Shown piece by piece: positions 21,649-33,624 of a stretch of 64,000 nt of DNA. How positions within the stretch are numbered: the stretch's first letter is position 1; every line of letters starts with the position of its first letter. The stretch covers positions 531,340,001-531,404,000 of the forward strand of contig NC_091285.1 of the NCBI RefSeq assembly GCF_032444005.1, given 5' to 3'. The stretch comes from Ranitomeya imitator (lineage: Eukaryota). A program made the translations under genes and the position numbers. The notes under the pieces are model-generated. The model was not told the DNA's origin. It searched no databases and saw only the letters and a list, made by a program, of their open reading frames with translations.

Positions 21649-24154
21649 ATTTAGAGAATTAAAGGAAGTAGGTAGTGATGACGCATTAAATAAGTACAGA
21701 AAATTAATTCAATTCTGTAAAAAGCAAATCAAGGCAGCAAAAATTGAGACAGAGAGACTCCTTGCCAGAGAGAGTAAAAATAATACCAAAATATTCTTTA
21801 ACTATGTAAATAGTAAGAAACTAAAAAATGATAGTGTTGGCCCCCTTAAAAATAGACTGGGTGAAATGGTGGATAAGGATGAGGAAAAAGCCAATATGCC
21901 AAATTACTTTTTTCATCAGTATTTACACAAGAAAATTCCATGGCAGACATTATGATCAGTGATAACAAAAATTCCACATGAAATGTCACCTGCTTAACCC
22001 AGCAGGAAGTACGTCGGCATCTAAATATCACTAAAATTGACAAATCTCTGGGCCCGGATGGGATACACCCCCGAGTACTGCAGGAATTAAGTACAGTCAT
22101 TGACAGACCATTATTTTTAATCTTTAAAGACTCCATAATAACAGGGTCTGTGCCACAGGACTTGAGTATAGCAAATGTGGTGCCAATATTCAAAAAAGGG
22201 ACAAAAACTGAACTCGGAAATTAAAGGCCAGTAAGCTTAACCTTTACTGTGGGTAAAATCCTGGAGGGCATTCTAAGGGATGCTATACTGGAGTATCTGA
22301 AGATGAATAACCTCATGACCCAATACCAACATGGGTTTACTAGGGACCGTTCATGTCAGACTAATCTGATCAGCTTCTATGAAGAGGTAAGTTCCGGACT
22401 GGACCAAGGGAACCCAGTGGACGTAGTGTATATGGACTTTTCAAAAGCTTTTGATATGGTGCCACACAAAAGGTTGATACATAAAATGAGAATAATGGGG
22501 ATAGGGGAAAATATGTGTAAGGGTTAAGAGCTGGCTCAGGGATAGGAAACAAAGGGTGGTTATTAATGGAGCACACTCGGACCAGGTTGCGGTTAGCAGT
22601 GGGGTACCACAGGGGTCAGTATTGGGCCCTCTTCTTTTTAACATATTTATTAATGATCTTGTAGGGGGCATACAGAGTGAAATTTCAATATTTGCAGATG
22701 ACACTAAACTCTGCAGGATAATCAATACAGAGGAGGACAATTTTATATTACAGGATGATTTATGTAAACTAGAAACTTGGGCTGATAAATGGCAAATGAG
22801 CTTTAATGGGGATAAATGTAAGGTCATGCACTTGGGTAGAAGTAATAAGATGTATAATTATGTGCTTAATTCTAAAACTCTGGGCAAAACCGTCAATGAA
22901 AAAGACCTGGGAGTATGGGTGGATGACAAACTCACATTTAGTGGCAAGTGTCGGGCAGCTGCTACAAAGGCAAATAAAATAATGGGATGCATTAAAAGAG
23001 GCATAGATGCTCATAATGAGAACATAATTTTACCTCTATACAAGTCACTAGTGCGATCACACTTAGAATACTGTGCACAGTTCTGGTCTCCGGTGTATAA
23101 GAAAGAAATAGCTGAACTGGAGCGGGTGCAGAGAAGAGCGACCAAGGTTATTAGAGGACTGGGGGGTCTGCAATACCAAGACAGGTTATTACACTTGGGG
23201 TTATTTAGTTTGGAAAAACGAAGGCTAATAGGGGTGATCTTATGTTAATGTATAAATATATGAGGAGACAGTACAAAGACCTTTCTGATGATCTTTTTAG
23301 GGGTGATCTTATGTTAATGTATAAATATATGAGGAGACAGTACAAAGACCTTTCTGATGATCTTTTTAATCATAGACCTGTGACAGGGACAAGGGGGCAT
23401 CCTCTACGTCTGGCAGAAAGAAGGTTTAAGCATAATAACAGGTGCAGATTCTTTACTGTAAGAGCAGTGAGACTATGGAACTCTCTGCCGTATGATGTTG
23501 TATTGAGTGATTCATTACTTAAATTTAAGAGGGGATTGGATACCTTTCTTGAAAAGTATAATGTTGCAGGGTATATATACTAGATTCCTTGATAGGGCGT
23601 TGATCCAGGGAACTAGTCTGATTGCCGTATGTGGAGTCGGGAAGGAATTTTTTCCCCCAGTGTGGAGCTTACTCTTTGCCACATGGGTTTTTTTTGCCTT
23701 CCTCTGGATCAGCATGTTAGGTTAGGCTATGGGTTGAACTAGATGGACTTAAAGTCTTCCTTCAACCCTAATAACTATGTTACTATGTATGCTAATCTTA
23801 GACATCACTCACTATTACCAGAAAAGCGCTGTCAATCAAGACAAAGGACTGGCTTTAATATGCCAATAGGATGGTGTAACGGAGCGCCAAGACATAGGCC
23901 TTGCCAAGGGTGTACTGAAGCACCTTCATCTGCATATTACATAACAGTAGATTTTTCTGCAAATACTACAGAACTTCTGGTATTGTTTTTCCTCTAAACC
24001 TGTGTAAATGTTATTGTAGTGTCAGTGCATTTATATACTCCCCTGCTGCAGTCTTCTGTATACAGCGCCGTTGTGCACCTCTTCTGAGTTACCTGACTTT
24101 TACAATTTAAGCCTATAGAGAGTCAGAATGAGACTCCATAGACTAACACCATAA

Positions 24155-24455
24155 GGGTATGTTTCCACGTGCCGGATTACATCTGGGTTAGCTGCGGATT
24201 GGACGCTGTGTACAGCCGCAGAGTTCAACCCGCAGCGTCCAGATGTTACAGCATAGTGGAGGGGATTTTATGAAATCCCGTCTCCACTACGCGTGCGAAC
24301 ATGCATCCGTCTTTTTAGAACGCAGCATGTCTGTTTACCTTGCGGCGAAGCCGCAAGCTAAATCACAGGGCCCTATGTACGGGGTGCGGAGATTCCGGAT
24401 GTGTGCAATTAACACATCCGGAATCACCGCGCGTACAGAAGGGGGCGGCGGTTCT
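24155..24455. mobile_element. Harbinger-type MITE, truncated on the right
   Basis: TAA followed by gggtatgtttccacgt, similar to the other Harbinger termini in the window. Confidence 0.6.
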
Positions 24456-24459
24456 TTAA

Positions 24460-25590
24460 AGGGAGCCTGTTGTGAATTCTGTGGCAGAGCTCCCTCCTGT
24501 GGTCACAAGTGGTACTTCGGCTGATTCTCTCTGTGAGCTTCCGTTGGTGGAGGAAAGTGGTACTGCGGCTTCTGAGTTTCCTTCCTCAGGTGATGTGGTG
24601 AAGTTGTTAGGTGCTGCTCTATTTAACTCCCCCTAGTGCTTTGATCCTGGCCTCCAGTCAATGTTCTAGTATTGGACCTGTTTCCTCCTGGATCGTTCCT
24701 GTGGCCTGCTGTTCTGCATAGCTAAGTTCCGCTTTGCTATTTTGTTTGCTGTTTTTTCTGTCCAGCTTGTCTATTTGTTTTTTCCTGCTTGCTGGAAGCT
24801 CTGGGACGCAGAGGGTGTACCTCCGTGCCGTTAGTTCGGTACGGAGGGTCTTTTTGACCCCTTTGCGTGGTTTTTGTAGGGTTTTGTGTTGACCGCAAAG
24901 TTACCTTTCCTATCCTCGCTCTGTTCAGAAAGTCGGGCCTCACTTTGCTAAATCTATTTCATCTCTACGTTTGTCTTTTCATCTTTACTCACAGCCATTA
25001 TATGTAGGGGCTGCCTTTTCCTTTGGGGTATTTCTCTGAGGCAAGGTAGGCTTATTTTCTATCTTCAGGCTAGCTAGTTTCTCAGGCTGTGCCGAGTTGC
25101 ATAGGGAGCGTTAGGCGCAATCCACGGCTGCCTCTAGTGTGGTTGGAGAGGATTAGGGATTGCGGTCAGCAGAGTTCCCACGTCTCAGAGCTCGTTCAAT
25201 GTTTTTGGGTTATTGTCAGGTCACTGTATGTGCTCTGACCTCTATGTCCATTGTGGTACTGAATTACCTTATCATAACAGGAGCCTGTCACCCCCAAAAT
25301 TGAAGATGAGCCAGGCCCACCAGCATCAGGGGCTTATCTACAGCATTCTGTAATGCTGTAGATAAGCCCCGATGTATCCTGAAAGATGAGAAAGAGGTTA
25401 GATTATACTCACCCAGGGGCAGTCCCGCTGCGGTCCGGTCCGATGGGCGTTGCGGTCCTGGGCCTCCTATCTTCATAGGATGACGTCCTCTTCTTGTCTT
25501 CATGCTGCTGCTCCGGCACAGGCGTACTTTGCCCTGTTGAGGGCAGAGCAAAGTACTGCAGTGCGCAAGTGCCGGGAAAGGTCAGAGAGG
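24460..25590. mobile_element. T2/Kolobok-type MITE (partial), interrupted by a solo LTR
   Basis: The reconstructed end is TTAA-AGGGAGCCTGTCACC. 19-bp-arm hairpin at 25329-25370. Right end not found. Confidence 0.65.
24468..25279 (+). mobile_element. Solo LTR (812 bp)
   Basis: tgttgtg...cataaca, flanked by a 6-bp duplication GGAGCC (24462-24467, 25280-25285). Strand is inferred only. Confidence 0.85.
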
Positions 25591-25749
25591 CTCTGGCAAA
25601 AATTGAGACCACTGCAAAACTTTCAGTTTGTCTGATTTTTCTTTTTATAGATATATTTTTGAGTAAAATATAAATTGTTCTTTTATTCTATAAACTACTG
25701 ACAAACAATCCTACGCCGTGACCTCCAAAACATTAAAACTGCTCCTCAC

Positions 25750-26800
25750 TGTGCTCTCTGCACAAAAAAATTACCCCCACACTGTCTCTCTTATGGTACA
25801 TGTTTTCCACAATATCCTGTCCTAAAAAATATTTCCCTCACCATCACCCCCCACTATAGTGTCTGCCTTATGACTGTCACACCATTCTTTACACACTAAA
25901 ATACCATACTGTCCTTCCTTATGAATTATACCCACCACATTTTCCTCAATTATGAAATATAATCTCCACACTGTCCCACCTCAAGCTGCCTTCTCTCAGC
26001 GCCCACACTCCATACAGAGCCCAGTCTTCACACAGTCTCCATTCATGTTGCCCCTCTATATACCGATTCTCTGATGCTAACCCTTCTCCATACTGGGCCT
26101 ACCATGCTGCTGTTTCTTTACATGGAGCCCTTCATGATGGCCTTCTGTATATTGAGTCCTCTTTCTATACCGAGCACCACACTTCCCTCTTTCCATACCA
26201 AGAGGCACGCTGCCCTTTTTCCATGCTGTGCCCCCCATGCTCCACGTCTTTACATTCTGAGTTATCCACAATGCTCTTTCTCCTTTTTTTATAATGAATC
26301 CCTAATGCTGCTCTTTGCCAAACTTGTGCCGCCACTCTGCTTACTAGGCCCTCCACTCTGCCCCTCTATATTGGGCCCTCCATGCTGCCCCATTCTCCAT
26401 ACTGAGCCCCCCCATGCTGACTCTTCTCCATACTGAGCCTGCCATTATGCTTTTTTTCCCTTTATTTATATATGTAGCCCCTCTTGCTGCCCTTCTCTCC
26501 AAACTGGGCGCCTCTCCATACTGAATCCTGCACCCTCGTTTCATTATTGAAACCCCCACTCTGCCCTTCTCTCCATACCGAGCCCCTCAATCTTCAATAA
26601 TAGCTTCCCTAACCACCAGTAGCCCCTGTAACCCACAATCTATAGTAATAGCCCCCCTAATACCTATTCTATAGAAATAGACCCCTAATTCCCAATCCAC
26701 AGTAAAAACCTCTCTAACCTCCAGTCTGTAGAAATAGTCTCCCTAATTTCCAGTCCTGAGAAATAGCCACCCAAAACCTCAGTCTATAGAAACAGCCCTC
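25750..26800. repeat. Degenerate pyrimidine/CA-rich minisatellite region
   Basis: Recurrent ctgcccttctctccatactgagccc-like units. Confidence 0.55.
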
Positions 26801-28598
26801 CTAAATCTTCAGCTCTATGAGCACTTGCCTGCTCCCGTCGTCCCCTGTGCGCACTGTGTTGTGATCTCTGCAGAGTTGTAAGGTCACCTCATCGCGCTGC
26901 AGCTATGTCAGCAGTGTTTGAACGTTGGAGTAAGGAACTGATTGGCTCTCCTCTCACCTCAGAAGAGCATGCGCCGACACTTCCGGGGTGAATCGGCTCC
27001 CTGTGTCTGTGGTTTATATGTATTTGAGCCTTCAAGATGTGAATAGCGGCCTCTTCCCCCTCAGATAAGACAACAGATTTACTATACAGTCTGACGGAGG
27101 GGAAGAAAGATCTCAGAAGAAAAAAAATCCACCTCATCTTGGCCCCCTCAGCCCTACGCCCTAGGCCCCAGACCTCTGGTATCTAGTGGCAAATTCGGGC
27201 CTGCTGGTGGACCTATCTAGCGTTCCTCCATCAAGTCACCATGACTCAAGATTGAGCCGAAGGCCGTTAAATGATATGATAATAATTGGCCTCCTCTCCA
27301 TTCTTCGCCTAGATGTGGTGGATAAGTAAAATGTACAAATGCTCTTTCAATAGTCTAGAGTCTTTGTAATCAGTGCCACAATGAAGAGATTGTCCAGTGA
27401 ACAAAAGTCATCACCTAACAGGATAGGAGTAACAAATTACTATTACCCTAGGAGATCAAGGTATTTTTATCACAGAAATGACACTTTTAAGCCTTTAACA
27501 CTTTTATAAGATGGAGCCAGAGTTCAAACTATCAACTAGCGCTCCATTAACTTTCTTTGGGGCTTATTGAACTGGTGGTTGAGCATGCACACTGGTTATC
27601 CATTCTTACGAGCTTAAAAAAATTAATCCCAGTTCAGGGCAGATCCCAGTGGTCAGACCTTCTTTGGATAGGTAACTTATTTTTGCCAGACCAACCCTTT
27701 AAAGAAATTTGTATCAACAAACAACTGCACCCTCATAATGTACAACAATGAGAAACTATTTTATACGACACATACACTATCATGGACGTAGTATTCGTCT
27801 GCAACAGGTAAATGATGTATTAGTATTGGGCTCAACCAAGTGATTCCAGAAAAAGATGGTGTTACTATAGTATATCTTATTGCTTATAGGCATCTAGTCA
27901 TTCAACAGAGGCTATTACCTATATATTATGTCGGGCTTGTACATTGTCCATTATACTAATAAATAGTATAAAAAGTGCAGTGCAAGAGGTGGTGGCGGCG
28001 GCGAAGGACTTGATTAATATGACCAAATATTAATAGCAGTATTTAAAATATTCACAGGCTGCAATTACCCGCCATGGTTTTTTTATAAACAATTAAATGA
28101 ACTTTTTCTTGTGGTTGCAAATTTGAAATAACAGTGACCGCTATGATGACATCACAAGGAACATGACATCATAGACATCACATGACATCACAATTGGAGT
28201 AGAATGTAGAATGTTCTGCAGTGGAGCCATCTAGTGTCAGTAGGACCTGACAGCTGGAAGAGGACGAGTCCAGGTAGGTTGCTCTTTACTTTTAAGCTCT
28301 GGTATACTTATGAAGCATCCTACAGATATATCATGGATTGAACACTGTAAGAAAACTTTTTCAGGACAACCCCTTCCCTAAATGAGGAGTCGCTGACATT
28401 CAGTCGATATGAATGGGTATGGCAGCTAAAATCCCTACCAATTAGCTGCTATATTACTGGGAAAGTAGCGACCTCTACAGGACACAGAGTTTTATATGCC
28501 CCCAATAGTAGCCGCATGACAATGTAATAATACATATCATATTTGTTGGGAGTCTTCAAGCTCTTTGCACTGGCTCCCTACTATGGAAGTCTTCAATG

Positions 28599-29370
28599 GA
28601 GCTCACCCTCTATTCCATTCCTATGCTTTAATAAGGAATGTAGATAAGGGTGGTCAAGTTGGGACATCTTTATGTGGCTCTATTTCTGGGTAGGTTTGCC
28701 ATTTACGTGGATAAATGACAGCAGTTTGAAACAGAAATCTAGTTACATATGCTATTATTCTCTGTTGTGAGCTGTTTTGTTCTTGTTGAATTAGGGGGGT
28801 AATATTTGAGTTGTAGTTTACTGCGGTCAGAAATGGCAGTATGTGTTTTCTTTTAGCATATATAGCACTAGGTAATGTAGATTAAATAAAAGGGTCCCCT
28901 AATTGTGTGTCTTAGAATTCTAAAATGAGGTAGGGGTTTTGTCTTTTTAGTAAATTCATTTTTGTTAATGTTGTATATTGGCATGCCAGGGCCAAGAGCT
29001 CACCCTCTATTCCATTCCTATTCTCTAGTAAGACATGTTAATGGGGTGGTCAAGTTGGGACATATTTTTGTGGCTCCATTTTTGGGTAGTTTTGCCATTT
29101 ACATGGACAAATGACAGCATTTTGTAACAGAAATCTAGTTGCAAATGCTATTATTCTCTGTTATCAGCTGTTTTGTTCCTGTTGAATTATAGGGTGCCAT
29201 TGGAGCCGTAGGAATGGCAGCATGTATTTTTGTGTTTTGTTTTAGTACATAGAGCACTAAAAAAGATAAAAGGGTTCCCGTAATTGTGTGTCTTATAATT
29301 ATAAAATGAGGTACGGGTTTTGTCTTTTTAGTAAATTCATTTTTGTTGATGTTGTAAATTGGCATGCCAG
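28599..29370. repeat. Diverged tandem duplication, ~397-bp period
   Basis: gagctcaccctctattccattcctat at 28599 and 28996; both copies end in ttggcatgccagg. Confidence 0.9.
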
Positions 29371-29371
29371 G

Positions 29372-29645
29372 ATCGGTATGTCACTCTTCACGAGGAGAAA
29401 AGTAACCCTTTAGACCTCAGTCCAGAGTCTCTCACCTAGTCAAATCAGATATCATACTTTGCACTGACAAGAGTTAATACCCTGAAACACAGTGTCTTCA
29501 AATATAGATTCTGACTTTGGCTTTTATCCTAAGCCATATTGAAAGTCTCATTAAAGGTTCGATAGTGACTTGTAGGATCACTGCTTCCAACAGGTGGCAC
29601 TATAGAGTTCTAGTGCTCTTCCGCTCTGAAGAGGCAATTTGCATA
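29372..29645 (+). mobile_element. Probable Penelope-like element terminal-repeat fragment
   Basis: Contains a minimal type I hammerhead fold. Such folds are established in Penelope pseudo-LTRs. The family assignment is an inference. Confidence 0.55.
29458..29502 (+). ncRNA. Degenerate minimal hammerhead ribozyme
   Basis: tttgca-CTGAcaa-gag ttaatac cct-GAAA-cacagtgt-C-ttcaaa: stem I, CUGA, GAAA, palindromic stem III and a GUC site. G8 is changed to A. Confidence 0.6.
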
Positions 29646-32600
29646 GATAAGCAGTGACACGTCTAATAACATCATGTGGCACGTGACATCATCAGCATTC
29701 CATGACATCACAATTGGAATAGAATGTACACATTCCTATACCTGAATCATTTTGTGTATTTAGACCTTGACAGCTTCAGCTTCAGTCATCTGTTCACACA
29801 ATCTGTTTTTCTGTGTTGGGTTTAGCCTCATGTCTGGTGTGTTGATCCTCCTGCCTTGGGTCTGGCCCCATATCTGGGGGTGTTGTGCTGCCCGCCTCAG
29901 GTTTTGCCTCGTGTCTGCTGTGTTGGGTCACCGAACTTGGTTCTGGCCCTGTGTCTGGTTTGTCAGGCCTCCCACCTCAGGTCTGGCCCCATGTTTAGTG
30001 TGTTGGGCCTCCAGGCTCAGGTCTGGCCCCATTACTAGTGTTTTGGACTGCCAGCCTGGGGTTTGGTCATGTGTCGTTTGTGTTGGGTCGCCCATCCTTA
30101 GTCTGGTTCTGTGTCTGGTGTGTTGGGCCACCCACCTCAAATCTGGCCCTGTATCTGGTATGTTTTGCTCCGTGCCTTGGGTCTGGCCCCGTATCTGGTA
30201 TGTTGGGCCTCCTGCCTCAGTTCTGTTGTGTTGGGTCATCTGCCTCAGGTTTGGCCTTGTGTCTGATGTGTTGGGCCACCTGCTTCGGTTCTGGCCTTGT
30301 GTCTAGTATGTTGGGCCATGCACCTCGGGTATGGCCCCATATCTGGGGTGTTGGGTCTAGCCTTGTGTCTAGTGTGTTTGGCCGCCTGCCTCGGGTCTGT
30401 CCCCATATCAGGTGAGCTGGGCTGCCCGCTTTGGGTCTGGCCCGTTTTTTTTGTGGTGAGCCTCCCACCTTGGGTCTGGCTCAGTGTTTAGTGTGTTGGA
30501 CCACCCTCATCAGGTCTGACCATGTGTTTCATGTGTTGGGCTGCCCACCTTGGCTCTGACCCTGTTTCTGGTGTGTGGGGCTGTGCGACTCAAGTCTAAG
30601 CCCAGGTCTGGTGTTTGGGCCACTAAACTCATGTCTGGCTCCATGTCTTGTGTGTTGGGTTGACCACCTTTGGATCTGTCTCCATGTCAGGTGTATTGGA
30701 ATGCCTGCCTTGGGATTTGCCTTGTGTATGGTGTGTTGGGCCTCCCACTACGGGTCTAGCCCTGTGTCTGGTGTGTTGGGCCGCCCACCTCGGGTCTGGC
30801 CCTGTGTTTGGAGCTTTGGGCCACCTGCCTTGGGTCTGGCCCCGTGCCTGTTGTTTTGAGCCACCAGCCTGGGGTCTGGCCATGTGTCTGGTGTGTTGAG
30901 TTGCCTGCCTCTGATATGGCTTTGTGTTTCGTGTCCTGGACCACCCGCCTCAGGATATGGCTTTGTCTCGTGTGCTGGACCACCCTCCTCAGGCCTGGCC
31001 CTATGTGTGGTGTGTTTTGCATCGAATATGGCTTCATGTCTGGTGTGTTGTGCTGCCTGCCTTGGGTTTGGCCTTGTGTCTGTTGTGTTGGGCCACCGAC
31101 CTTGGTTCTGGCCCTGTATCTGGTTTGTCGGGCTTCCCACCTCAGGTCTTGCTCCGTTAGGTCCGGCTTGGGTCTGGCCCGTTACTGGTGTTTTGGGCCA
31201 CCAGCCTGGGGTCTGGTCATGTGTCTGGTGTGTTGAGCTGCCCAACCCGAGTCTGGCTCTGAGCCTAGAGAGTTGGGCAGCCCATCTCAGGTCTGGCCCT
31301 GCGCCTGGTGTGTAGTACCTCCCATCTTGGGTCTGCCTTTGTGTCTGGTATGTTTGGCCGCCTGCCTCAGTTCTGGTGTGTTGGGCCACCCACCTCAGCT
31401 CTGGCCCTGTTCTGGTGTGTAGTACCTCCCATCTTGGGTCTGTCCTTGTGTCTGGTATGTGTTTGGCCGCCTGCCTCAGTTCTGGTCTGTTGGGCCACCC
31501 ACCTCTGGTTTGGCCCTGTGTCTGGTGTGTTGGGCCATTTGCCTCAGGTCTGCCCCTATGTCTGCTGAGTTAGGCCGTCTGCCTTGAATTTGGTCACATG
31601 TGTTGGACCACCCACCTTGACTGAGGCCTTGTGTCTGATGTGTTGGGATGCCCACTTCGGGTCTGGCCTTATGCCTGGTGGCCTCGTGTCAGGTGTGTCT
31701 GGTCTTTCGTCTGGTGTGTAAGACCACCTGCCTGAGGTTTGGCCCCTGTGTTTGTTGTTGTTCTTGTGTCTCATGTGTTAAGTCAAAGGCTTTGGTCTGA
31801 CCCTGTGTTTGGTGTTTTGGGCCACCAGCCTGGGTCTGGTGTGCTGAGCCACCCACCCAGAGTCTGGCTCTGTGCCTGGAGTGTTGGGCAGCCCACCTCG
31901 GATCTGACCCTGTATCTGATATGTAAGACTGCCCGCCTTGGGTCTGGCCCCATGTCTGGTGTGCTGAGCCCCCCGCCTTGGGTCTAGCCTCATGTCTGGC
32001 GTGTTGAGCTATTCGCCTCGAGTCTGGCACTATATCTCCTGAGTTGGGCCATCCACTTCTAGTCAGGTCACATGTCTAGTGTGTTGGAACGCCCGCCATG
32101 TGTCGGATTTGTTGACCTGCCCACTTCAGGTCTGGCCCCATGTCTGGTATGTTGGGCCGAATGCCTCAGTTCTGGTGTGTTGGGCCATCTGCCTCAGGTT
32201 TGACCTTGTCTGGCCTCGTGTCTGGTGTGTTGGGCCGTCTACTTTGGGTCTGACCCTGTGTCTAGTGTGTTGGACCGCCCTCCTCAGGTCTGGCCACATG
32301 TTTTGTGTGTTGGGACGCACACCTCGGGTCTGGACCCAGGTCTGTTGTGTTGGGCTTCCCTCCTCGAGTCTGGGCCCAGGTCTGGTGTGTTGGGCCCCCA
32401 AACTCAGGTCTCGCCCCATGTCTGGTGTGTTGGGTTGCGCATGCCTTTGAGTCTGGCCCCATGTAACGTGTGTTGGGACACCTGCCTGTGGTTTGGCAAT
32501 GTGTATGGTGTGGTGGGCCTCCTGGTACAGCTCTGGCCCTGTTTCTAGTGTGTTGGGCAGCCCACCTCAGGTTTGGTATGTAAGACCGTCTGCCTCGGGT

Positions 32601-33624
32601 CTGGCCCCATGTCTAGTATATTGGGCCGCCTGCCACAATTCTGGTGTGTTGGCTCACCCGCTTCGGGTCTAGCCTCATGTCTGGTCTGTTGGGCCACCTG
32701 CCTCAGGTCTGGCATGTTGGGCCATTTGCCTCAAGTCTGGCCCTATATCTGCTGAGTTGGGCCATTCGACCCGAGTCAGGTGACATGTCTAGTGTGTTGG
32801 GACCGCCGGCCTCCTCGTGTCTGATTTGTTGGGCTGCCCAATTCAGGTCTGGTCTTGTGTCTGGTGACTTCGTGTCTAGTGTGTCTGGTCTTGTGTCTGG
32901 TTTGTTAGGCCACCCACCTGGGGTTTGGACCTTGGGTCCTGTCCCATGTCTAGTGTGATGGGCCGCCTGCCTCTGGTGTGGCTTTATGTCTGGTGTGTTA
33001 GACCACCTGCCTCGGGTCTGGCCCTATGTGTGTTGTGTTCGGCAGCCTGACAGGGGTTTGGCCCCGTGACTGGTGTGTCTGGCCACCTGTCCCTGGTCTG
33101 ACGTGTTTGGTGTGTTGGGCCGCCCACCTTGTGTCTGGCCCCGTGCCACTCCAACATTATTCAGATTCTTATTTATATACAGCAAAGCATCCATTTTGTC
33201 TGCAAGCTTATATTTTGGATATCTTCAACCAGGATACATATCCTTAACATGGTGTATTGGGCCGCCTGCCTCTGGTCTGGCCCCATGTCTGGTGTGTTGG
33301 GTTACCCGCCTTGAGTCTGGCCCTATGTCCTTAACATGGTGTATTGGGCCGCCTGCCTCTGGTCTGGCCCCATGTCTGGTGTGTTGGGTTACCCGCCTTG
33401 AGCCTGGCCTTATGTCTGGTGCTTTTTGGCATCCTTTTCGGGTCTGTTCTCATGTCTGGTGTTGGTCCTCCAGACTCGGGTATGGCCTCATGTTTGGTTG
33501 ACGTTTGTCTGGTGTGTTGGGTTGCTTGCCCCAGGTCTGGCTTCGTATCTGAGTGTTGGGTAGCCCACTTTGAGTCTTGCCCTATGTCTGGTGTGTTGGG
33601 CTGCCCACTTCAAGTTTAACCCCG

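Larger units (their letters stand above)
15029..23583 (+). pseudogene. CR1 ORF2 (endonuclease-RT), multiple stops and two insertions
   Basis: TNARSL, GITETWL, DFNYP, LDLIL, QHGF, YMDFSKAFD, GVPQGSVLGP and FADD motifs, distributed over several short ORFs. Confidence 0.9.
13760..23790 (+). mobile_element. Near full-length, decayed CR1 LINE, split by insertions at 15784-21190 and 21463-21656
   Basis: ORF1 (Cys finger, coiled coil, SGNH esterase), ORF2 (APE then RT), and an actatgtt tail at ~23774-23788. ORF2 reads across the TTAA insertion as FHVSFN|KMCNRG. The 5' boundary is approximate. Confidence 0.93.
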
